IMG/VR virus record: IMGVR_UViG_2816332336_000005
Location: 32,001 to 96,000 of that record
DNA from: a virus
Lineage: Duplodnaviria > Caudoviricetes
Reading direction: 5' to 3' (one strand)
Length of the DNA stretch: 64,000 bases
The notes below the pieces were generated by a model. It was not told where the DNA came from and searched no databases. It saw only the letters and a program-made list of their open reading frames with translations. Each line of letters opens with the position of its first letter. Positions within the stretch are counted from its first letter, which is position 1. A program made the translations under genes and the position numbers. Positions 56,909-64,000 of the stretch are shown here, piece after piece.

Positions 56909-57325
56909 TTATGATCGGTGGATTGCTTCGAATTGGTCTCGTAGTTCCTCGCCACTTGAAACATCGGAGGCGTAGTAACGTAGCGCGTTGATCAACTTAC
57001 CCATCGTGTGTTCCGTTAGCTGAATCGTGTATGTCTTCTCAACGGCTGGTGTCGTGGAGATTAGCGTGATTGGTGTGTTGTGTGCGAGGTCTGTCAAAGG
57101 CTCTAGCACGACGTAATTCTGAAGAGAAGTATATCGACGGTCACCTGCGTCATCGTAAAACGCCGCATCACCGTCTGAGTCAAAGCCCGCTATCGCGTAA
57201 ACCCTATCCTTAGTTAAATCAACCGTTGGTTCTGTAATCTGTATGAGCCTATCGCCCATTAACGCCTCACGTTCAACCTTCCGATACAACTTACCTTCGT
57301 GAATAATCGTCTCTTGCGTTCCCAT
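56909..57325 (-). CDS. Phage protein with one repeat module
   Basis: HEGKLYRKVEREALMGD...FYDDAGD, similar to 54515..55717. Confidence 0.7.
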   Translation of the reverse strand: MGTQETIIHEGKLYRKVEREALMGDRLIQITEPTVDLTKDRVYAIAGFDSDGDAAFYDDAGDRRYTSLQNYVVLEPLTDLAHNTPITLISTTPAVEKTYTIQLTEHTMGKLINALRYYASDVSSGEELRDQFEAIHRS

Positions 57326-57344
57326 CGTCAACACTCCTCGTCAT

Positions 57345-57503
57345 CATTTCGGACACCGGTAGCCCCGCGTCCGCGAGACGGCATGAACGGTCGTCTACTA
57401 GAGTGGCTTGCGCCTGCACCCCACAGGTTTACGACAGGCATACGGGGCGCCTCGCCTTCTTCGTCCACACCGCCTTGCCGACGCGGGAGGTCGGCTTGTT
57501 CTC
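57345..57503 (-). ncRNA. Putative structured non-coding RNA/leader
   Basis: GC-rich intergenic stretch with GCCGAC/GTCGGC hairpin and long-range GCCCCG/CGGGGC pairing. Confidence 0.4.
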
Positions 57504-58028
57504 TTACGCGCTGTACACCGCAAGTGATTTCGCTACGTTCTTCTTTTCTAGCCGTAATGCCCGCAATTCTGCGTTCAATTGCGCGATATACAGGTCAATA
57601 CCGTTTATAAGCACCTGACACGCGTTTATGGTCGCTGTACTTCGAGCCCGTTCACGCTTTAAGACAATGCGCGACCTCTCAACCATCATTTCCGCAATTG
57701 TAATGCGGGTCTTTCTACTCAACGATGACTCCTTTCGTTCGAGCTTCCGCAACTCTTTGGTAAGATAAATACATACTTTATCGCGTACATCCGGCGTCGG
57801 TTTAGTGTATTGCATGACCGTGACTACGAGGTCAGATGACTCGTGAAGGATGATTCCGATTTGACCACGGGCGTACAACCGGCCCGGCTTGCCGTACTTA
57901 TCTATCGTTGTGCTTATGAACATTGCTCGCGACAGTTGTTTCCGAATCCATTCGGCTGCTTTCGTTTGACTTACGTTGAATCGTTCGACTGCGCGTTTGA
58001 TCGCGTGAGATGAAACGGTGAGATTCAT
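57504..58028 (-). CDS. Phage hypothetical protein (RelE-like N-terminal motif plus coiled coil)
   Basis: VSSHAIKRAVER...LVVTV. Confidence 0.65.
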   Translation of the reverse strand: MNLTVSSHAIKRAVERFNVSQTKAAEWIRKQLSRAMFISTTIDKYGKPGRLYARGQIGIILHESSDLVVTVMQYTKPTPDVRDKVCIYLTKELRKLERKESSLSRKTRITIAEMMVERSRIVLKRERARSTATINACQVLINGIDLYIAQLNAELRALRLEKKNVAKSLAVYSA

Positions 58029-58174
58029 CCGAGCCGCACCGCCTTTCCGAGCAAGGTAGATGAGGTGGATAAGGTAATCGGAATATAGTCCGCAGGATCA
58101 TCATAGGGCGGGAAACCTCCGTTGTAGATATATTCGATATTTTCTGATTGCTTACGTTTAGGCATCGGGATCAT
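58025..58174 (-). CDS. Small hypothetical protein
   Basis: MIPMPKRKQS... first gene after an AT-rich promoter region; ATGA overlap. Confidence 0.5.
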   Translation of the reverse strand: MIPMPKRKQSENIEYIYNGGFPPYDDPADYIPITLSTSSTLLGKAVRLG

Positions 58175-58360
58175 CTCCGTTTCAAGAGTAATTATTTCGC
58201 TATGTTTAACAGAACGTTCTGTATAATGACAATTAAAGATGGTTAAGATTTTGTAAGGACCACTTGTTATAATTGAGAACAACTTAGAAGTACTCTATAA
58301 TGACAATAAGAAAGAGATACGACGTGCATATGCTCGTACGTATTAATTTCTTAGGTTTTG

Positions 58361-58954
58361 TTAGACAATCCGTGGTAGGGTAGTTTGACAAAAAGACCTA
58401 AATCGTGTGATGGAACGTCTATGTGAATCGGGCTTACCTCCAAAGAGTTGCGCCAACAACTCCGAAAGAGCCGAATCATTATAGAAACCATCAGACCAAG
58501 CGAGTAGGATCGCTTTCTTTCTCGAATCGCCCTTCGCCAAAAGGGCGATTTTTTCATTTATTGATTCTTTAATAATCATTTCTTGCTCTGTCTCTCTAAA
58601 GACATCTGCTAACGTGTCAATTATCGTATTACCTTCGTCGTCAATTTCTCTTTCTAGTGGGATGTTATCAGTTCTATTGTATTTCCTTCTCTTTATAAAT
58701 TTTCTAAAACATCTTTCTAAATTAAATCTTGCTAATCTGCTAAAGGACCCTTTTTCTACATCGAAGTCTTTTATTGTCTGATCTAAGGCGTCTATCAACT
58801 CCTTTGTTAAGGAAGCTTCATTCTGTACCTTGTACCAGTTCCTATTAACGTAGTCGTTTATTATAGGAATGAAATCCTTATAAACTAACTCTTTGGATTT
58901 TTCGCAGCCTTTTTGGGCGGCTATTGCGATTATTTCTATTTGGTTGTGGTTCAA
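58361..58954 (-). CDS. Phage sigma-factor-like protein
   Basis: AAQKG...IKDFDVEKGSF region-2-like motif, C-terminal helical domain. Confidence 0.7.
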   Translation of the reverse strand: MNHNQIEIIAIAAQKGCEKSKELVYKDFIPIINDYVNRNWYKVQNEASLTKELIDALDQTIKDFDVEKGSFSRLARFNLERCFRKFIKRRKYNRTDNIPLEREIDDEGNTIIDTLADVFRETEQEMIIKESINEKIALLAKGDSRKKAILLAWSDGFYNDSALSELLAQLFGGKPDSHRRSITRFRSFCQTTLPRIV

Positions 58955-59070
58955 ATTCTACGCCTCCGTTTTAAGTAATTTTCCCTTATACTACTAATAG
59001 GGGAATGCTTGGTTTAAAATTGGGACATCTTTCTAAGAAAAATTTAAAAAGTCGTAATCAGAGGTGCCAT

Positions 59071-59328
59071 ATGACCTATAAAGTCGGAAGGTGCCGCTTG
59101 TTTGAACGGTTGAAAGTCGCTGATATGACGCAGGCTGATCTCGCGGAAAAAATTCAGATGAAACGCCAGCAGTTATCTGACTACGCGAATAACCGAAATG
59201 TCATGTCGTTGTCTAACGCGAAATCTATTGCGCACGCCCTGGGCTGTCATATCGACGATCTGTACGAGTGGGTCGAGATACCTCCCTCGGAGCGAAACCG
59301 TAACAACAATCGGAGCCGAGAAGAGTAG
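59071..59328 (+). CDS. XRE-family repressor
   Basis: MTQADLAEKIQMKRQQLSDYANN...IAHALGCHIDDLYEW; divergent from the lytic operon. Confidence 0.88.
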   Translation: MTYKVGRCRLFERLKVADMTQADLAEKIQMKRQQLSDYANNRNVMSLSNAKSIAHALGCHIDDLYEWVEIPPSERNRNNNRSREE

Positions 59329-59355
59329 CGGAAGTCTCCGCTCTCTCACCGACTT

Positions 59356-59377
59356 TTGTACCGAAGTTTCGGTACAA
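59356..59377. repeat. Perfect 10-bp inverted repeat (terminator or operator)
   Basis: TTGTACCGAA-GT-TTCGGTACAA. Confidence 0.65.
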
Positions 59378-59524
59378 TCTTTTTTAGTGGTTGCCCAACT
59401 AGCTGGCTCCTATTGCTTTCTTGTTTTTATTGTATACCCAGTAAAGGCTAATTCTGCTACTAGGTTTATAATTTTGATTTTTCCCGCTTTTTGTCGAATT
59501 TAGGCGAAACAAAGGAAAAAACAC

Positions 59525-59553
59525 AAAAAAAAGACACCCTCTACAGGTGTCTT
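59525..59553 (-). terminator. Terminator after the aimP-like gene
   Basis: AAGACACC-N6-GGTGTCTT with a T tract on the minus strand. Confidence 0.8.
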
Positions 59554-59569
59554 AAATAGGTTAGTAGTA

Positions 59570-59713
59570 CTACCAACCTCCTCCAACTATTCTGGAAGTT
59601 ACATATGCCACGCTCTCTTCTGATCCATTATCATAAGTAAACTGTTCTGCCTGTGTTGGCTGAGTAAATAAAACGGAGACAATTGCTACTAAAGTAACCA
59701 TAAATGCTTTCAT
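59570..59713 (-). CDS. AimP-like secreted signalling propeptide (47 aa, not in ORF track)
   Basis: MKAFMVTLVAIVSVLFTQPTQA-EQFTYDNGSEESVAYVTSRIVGGGW: signal peptide, acidic linker, Gly-rich Trp-terminated tail; starts 1 nt after the receptor stop. Confidence 0.85.
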   Translation of the reverse strand: MKAFMVTLVAIVSVLFTQPTQAEQFTYDNGSEESVAYVTSRIVGGGW

Positions 59714-59714
59714 T

Positions 59715-61040
59715 CTAATTCGCCCCTTTTAAAATATTCAAATATCTATGTTCAACGTCCTCTCCTAAAATAGCCTTATGTTCGAAGAGGATCGCGGACA
59801 TTTTTTGATATACGGAAATATCTCTGAACTCTAGTGCTGTTTTAATGACCTCGAGAACATCGTTGAATGCTTCTTTATACTGCTCCATAGCTAGATAATA
59901 CTGTAATCTAACAACTTGAAAATTATAAAACTGACTCTTATTGTACTTATCCTTCTTTAATGCGACTGACTCAAAGATCGCGTTATATTTCTCTAAAAAA
60001 ACACCAATTCTCTCTAGCTGTCCGTTTGAAAGTAATATCTTCAGCGCGTATGGAGCTACCGTAATAATTTCATGTTCGCGATTCTTATCTACAACCAGTC
60101 GGATAAACTCACTTACCGCTTCTAGCTTACCTTCCATTACTTCGATTAACTTTTCATTCGACAACGCCGCCCAACGGTAGTAATCACCTAGGTTGTGGCA
60201 TTCCCGGAGAAGTTCTGCCGCCTTTCTGAGTTCACCCATTCCTATTAAACTTGCTGCTTGGTAAAGAAGCGACTCCCCTAGATGTTTGATATCTTTGGCG
60301 TCCTTTGCCTCTTTATAGTACGCATCTGCTACAACAGAAAGTTCCTCCCACTCTTTGGTAACATTATACCAAGTAACGACACGGTAGTATCCATCTAACT
60401 GTAGATTTACTGTTTCTGCAACACCATTTTTTTGAATGGGATATTCTGTCGGCAGGTCGTTCAATACTGCTCGTAATTTATGTAATGCTTCTACACCCTT
60501 CTTACGCATATCTCGATCGCGTTCAATCAAGAAAATTCGATGGCAGCAAATCGCATACCTTTCTGATATTTTCTTTTCGATGTTTGTAATTGCGTAATAT
60601 ACAGACGCGGCCTCTGCTAGAAAGCCATAACCGAAAAGTGTCTCTGCAAAAGCTAAGGCGGTGGACATATCCTTTATATCTATTGTTTCCAAGAATAACT
60701 CGACTACTTTACTGCAATGACTGACACCTTGCTTACAGTGAGAGCATGCCTTAATAAAATCTGTTACTTTGGGAAGAGAAACTTTGGACGAGTCCTTGAA
60801 AAGCTCTCCATAAATCATTCCATAAAAAAAATCGGCGTCTAGTCTGAACACGTGTGTCAATAAATCTACCTGGTCCATCGTAATCGCTTGCTTGTTCTTC
60901 ATAATATAAGAAAGCGATTGGGGAGAGATATACAACAATTTAGCTAGGTCTCTTTGACTAAGATTATGTGAATGCATTTGGATTAGTATTTCTTCCCTTA
61001 ATTTAAGACGATAATAAGTCAAGTCACTGGTGTCGATCAT
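59715..61040 (-). CDS. AimR-like RRNPP receptor (XRE HTH plus TPR-like helices)
   Basis: LSQRDLAKLLYISPQSLSYIM HTH and ~370 aa of helical repeats, followed by the propeptide. Confidence 0.82.
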   Translation of the reverse strand: MIDTSDLTYYRLKLREEILIQMHSHNLSQRDLAKLLYISPQSLSYIMKNKQAITMDQVDLLTHVFRLDADFFYGMIYGELFKDSSKVSLPKVTDFIKACSHCKQGVSHCSKVVELFLETIDIKDMSTALAFAETLFGYGFLAEAASVYYAITNIEKKISERYAICCHRIFLIERDRDMRKKGVEALHKLRAVLNDLPTEYPIQKNGVAETVNLQLDGYYRVVTWYNVTKEWEELSVVADAYYKEAKDAKDIKHLGESLLYQAASLIGMGELRKAAELLRECHNLGDYYRWAALSNEKLIEVMEGKLEAVSEFIRLVVDKNREHEIITVAPYALKILLSNGQLERIGVFLEKYNAIFESVALKKDKYNKSQFYNFQVVRLQYYLAMEQYKEAFNDVLEVIKTALEFRDISVYQKMSAILFEHKAILGEDVEHRYLNILKGAN

Positions 61041-61082
61041 TGGTTATCACCTGCCATCAATTATTCGAAATAGTATAATCAA

Positions 61083-61142
61083 AGTATAATTCACATTATG
61101 TGTATTGTCAACACATTATGTGAATGAAGAATACATTATGTG
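61083..61142 (-). promoter_or_regulatory. Consensus sigma-A promoter of the aimR-like gene overlapped by three operators
   Basis: TTGACA-N17-TATACT (61111-61083); (C/T)ACATTATGTG at 61092, 61112 and 61132. Confidence 0.8.
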
Positions 61143-61204
61143 ATGTATTATATTTAAATATGTGTTATGATGAATATAAATTTAGTAAAGGAGAGATATT
61201 CCAG

Positions 61205-61423
61205 ATGAAGAAGGAAATTGAACTACAAGGAAATACATTTAAAGAGTGCTTAGATATTATGAAAGCAGAGAAGAAAATAAAAACTTATAAGGAACTAGCC
61301 GAGCTGTCAGGCGTGAAGGAAACCACTCTCAGCATGCGCCTTACGCGAGGAAATATGAACCTGAGTGACGTTGTTACCCTACTCGAAGCTCTTGACTATG
61401 AAATCATATTTCGTAAAAAATAA
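61205..61423 (+). CDS. Small XRE-like HTH regulator
   Basis: TYKELAELSGVKETTLSMRL...LLEALDYEI; divergent from the aimR-like gene. Confidence 0.8.
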   Translation: MKKEIELQGNTFKECLDIMKAEKKIKTYKELAELSGVKETTLSMRLTRGNMNLSDVVTLLEALDYEIIFRKK

Positions 61424-62397
61424 TTATTACCTTTACAAAAATTTATCTTAATAAAACTTTTTTTATCTGTAAACACATTTTTTAACACATGATTTAATTC
61501 CGCCTTATTTTTTATTTCGTTTGGGTCCTTATAACGAATCGGATACCCCACGACGTTAACCGTCATATATCCCGACAGCCCTCCGACGACCGCCCGTTTC
61601 ATCTTCTGGCCCGCCTCGTCATGATCCGCCATCACCCCGATAATCTCTATCGGGCTCTTCCGCAAAGCCTCCGCCTTCTCTTCGCTGAACACCGATCCAC
61701 CTAACGCTACCGCCGGCACTCCCGCACTCCACAGATACATCGCGTCAATCTCGGATTCCACAAGCACTACCCCTGTGATTCTCTGCTTATAAACGATATC
61801 CAGCCCGTACACCATTTCACGTATAGGCCGCCCTCCCTTTGCGTACCAGAACGTCTTTTCGTCAACTTTTCGATATTTAACGTTTCCGAGCGTGCCGTCC
61901 GCGTTAAACCAAGGAATAGTAACCGCGTTAATCCTCGGATCATAGCCCGTTCGGAACAGATGTTGTATCTCACCGGCTATACCTCGCGAAGCTAAATACG
62001 GATGATCCCTACCTAGGTACGGTTCGTCTAACGTCTTAACTCGCGGCTGATCTATACGTAATCGCCCCGACAAGTCCAACGTAAGAGCCTCGGGGTCAAC
62101 CATTCCCTCCCCGTACTTCCACCGTAAGTAATCCTGCGTCTCCTCTTCCGTTTCCTCCCGCAAAAACGCCAGCAACTTCACGATCCCACCACGTTGATAA
62201 TCCGGGTCCTTCGCGCCTAAATCCGACCAGTAGCCGGCTTTTGCTATGTTACGTGGGTCGTTACTGTCACGTAACCAAACGTAGAAGGACGGCGACCGAT
62301 CCCAACGGAAGGGACTGGCCGCAAGCAGCTTATCATCCGTCCACGTTGCGGCTGTCCACGAAAACTGTTCGAGTTCGGCCCGAATATCTATCTGCAT
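61396..62397 (-). CDS. DNA primase (Toprim)
   Basis: YLASRGI, IPW, VKYR, VESEIDAM, MADHDEAG, KDPNE. Confidence 0.88.
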   Translation of the reverse strand: MQIDIRAELEQFSWTAATWTDDKLLAASPFRWDRSPSFYVWLRDSNDPRNIAKAGYWSDLGAKDPDYQRGGIVKLLAFLREETEEETQDYLRWKYGEGMVDPEALTLDLSGRLRIDQPRVKTLDEPYLGRDHPYLASRGIAGEIQHLFRTGYDPRINAVTIPWFNADGTLGNVKYRKVDEKTFWYAKGGRPIREMVYGLDIVYKQRITGVVLVESEIDAMYLWSAGVPAVALGGSVFSEEKAEALRKSPIEIIGVMADHDEAGQKMKRAVVGGLSGYMTVNVVGYPIRYKDPNEIKNKAELNHVLKNVFTDKKSFIKINFCKGNNYFLRNMIS

Positions 62398-62410
62398 CTA
62401 TACGTCCTCC

Positions 62411-63757
62411 TTAAAAAGGCAGCTTAAACTGATCTGCGGCCGCCTCTCCGCTTGGTAGTTCGCGCACAAGCCCGTAGTTCGGCATGTAAACGACTTCTAA
62501 CGTGACACCTTCGCCTCCATTGCGCCCTTTGTTTAGCTGTATAACCCCGATCCCATCCAGCGTATCTATTCCGATAGTTAGTGCCGAGTCTTCGAGAAAC
62601 GACTTACTCTTTTTCAGCTCGGCGCGTGTGGGCGGTCTAAGTTCGCGATTACCCTCGTCGTCCTTGTCATCCCGGACCTCTTCCGCCTGTGTAATGCCGT
62701 GGATAACGCACTGATATCGACCTGCCAACGCCCTGATTTTGTTCGAAGTCTCGGTTGCGTCTCCTCCGGTTGTCTTAGACCGGTTCGCCTCGTAGGTCAT
62801 GTAATAGTACGGGTCAATCACAACCACGTCCGCCTTTGTTGCCACGATGTCAGCTTCTAGGTCGCGAACTCTACGGGATGAGAAGTCGATATCGTCTACC
62901 GCACGAACAACGATGGTGCCTGGTATAATTTCGTTGATCTCCGTTAAAAATTGTTCGAACCCCTGTTCAAACTCTTCCGTTAATTTCCCATTAAGCAGCG
63001 CTCTATTTTCGAAACCTACCTCGTAATCCACACCGTCAATGTTTGCGTTAACAGCTCCTTGGCGCGCTGAGATAGATGAATAGGCACGGGCCATCCATTC
63101 GAATCGCGACATTTCCATCGCCCACACAAGTACGTTTGCTCCCTGGGCCGCAGCCTCTATCGCTTCTTCCATCGTAAAGATTGATTTACCTCGACCACTG
63201 CGCCCGTACCACGTGTAGACATTGCCGGAAAGGTACCCGCCTATCTCTTTATTAATCGTAGGAAATTTCGACTTCCATATCTTAAACGACGTTCCTTCCT
63301 TACGTTTTCGATATTCGTCTAAGAACGTTACCGTATCACGTTTGATATCCGTTCCTACCTTTGATCGTGTAGCCGTTTCCGCCCTGATCCGTTCCGTTTG
63401 CTCGATGAGCCACGCGGCAAACTCTTCCGTCGATAGTTCCGTAAACTTATCGCCTACGTCCCGTCCGGTTAAGAACGAATGTAGCCGTAACTTGCCCGCA
63501 TTGTTCCTTATCTTACGCGCCATGTATTCGAAGGAATCGCCCACTTCCGGCATGTACGTGAAGCCCGCACACTCAGCAACGACAGTTCTATAATCCGGGG
63601 CCTGCCCTCCGTTGCTATCCGCGTAGGCCTTTATAAATCGGTAGGCCTTCCGTTCGGCTTCCGTAGGGAAATGCTCGGCCCGAATATCGTATCGAAGAAA
63701 TGCGCCCGTATCGTTTGTGTCAATCACTTTCGATAGAAACGATTCACCGTATGCCAA
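62411..63757 (-). CDS. DnaB-like replicative helicase
   Basis: GRSGRGKS Walker A, AMEM, VVIDP, ITQA, KGRNG. Confidence 0.9.
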   Translation of the reverse strand: MAYGESFLSKVIDTNDTGAFLRYDIRAEHFPTEAERKAYRFIKAYADSNGGQAPDYRTVVAECAGFTYMPEVGDSFEYMARKIRNNAGKLRLHSFLTGRDVGDKFTELSTEEFAAWLIEQTERIRAETATRSKVGTDIKRDTVTFLDEYRKRKEGTSFKIWKSKFPTINKEIGGYLSGNVYTWYGRSGRGKSIFTMEEAIEAAAQGANVLVWAMEMSRFEWMARAYSSISARQGAVNANIDGVDYEVGFENRALLNGKLTEEFEQGFEQFLTEINEIIPGTIVVRAVDDIDFSSRRVRDLEADIVATKADVVVIDPYYYMTYEANRSKTTGGDATETSNKIRALAGRYQCVIHGITQAEEVRDDKDDEGNRELRPPTRAELKKSKSFLEDSALTIGIDTLDGIGVIQLNKGRNGGEGVTLEVVYMPNYGLVRELPSGEAAADQFKLPF

Positions 63758-63863
63758 ATCCGCTCACCTCCGTTTATGAAAACGTTTTATAATCAAATGG
63801 TATCACGACCGCTTCTAACAACTGTACGCATAAATATTTACAATTAATTCCGTTTATTGGATT

Positions 63864-64000
63864 TTATAAACTTAAATTTTGATGCCATTCCTCTAGTTTG
63901 TTCCTTAACCGATCCGCCTTCTTGTCCGACAGCTCCCCGAACTCATTCCGGAACTCTATTAACAGCGCGTAATCCAGAAAAGCCCCTGCGCAGTAATCTC
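63864..64000 (-). CDS. 3' end of a hypothetical protein (truncated by window)
   Basis: Open frame ...DYCAGAFLDYALLIEFRNEFGE...WHQNLSL*. Confidence 0.4.
   Translation of the reverse strand, partial: DYCAGAFLDYALLIEFRNEFGELSDKKADRLRNKLEEWHQNLSL

Larger units (their letters stand above)
13721..64000. mobile_element. Prophage B, contractile-tailed (partial; continues past the window)
   Basis: Lysis, Xkd-like tail, head, packaging and DNA-metabolism modules, nearly all on the minus strand. Confidence 0.95.

Overview
The window is almost entirely two tandem prophages of a spore-forming Bacillota host. Gene content and SD/promoter style suggest Brevibacillus/Paenibacillaceae (inference). The two are joined at a 45-bp att core, 13721-13765, which is the 3' half of a tRNA-Val(GAC). 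Prophage A (1-13765, AT-rich) shows its early and lysogeny half: terminase start, late sigma-like regulator, Rha, replication initiator, SSB, ERF, Cro/CI, ImmA and a tyrosine integrase. Prophage B (13721-64000, more GC-rich, runs off the right edge) is a contractile-tailed phage with PBSX Xkd-like tail genes, lysis, head, packaging, DNA metabolism (PolA, class II RNR, ThyX, dUTPase, N6-MTase, primase, helicase) and an arbitrium-like RRNPP receptor plus a 47-aa secreted propeptide. The most unusual feature is absent from the ORF track: a terminator-bounded minus-strand operon at 37303-37796 encoding six 12-32 aa peptides. Each has its own Shine-Dalgarno and no signal peptide, and they share P[DE]W and [WY]xD[DN]PG[HY]/GW motifs behind a sigma-H-like promoter. 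I hypothesise it is an array of intracellular mimics of RRNPP/arbitrium signalling peptides. All calls come from reading the sequence; no database searches were run. Some CDS starts were moved from the ORF track to the SD-supported codon.
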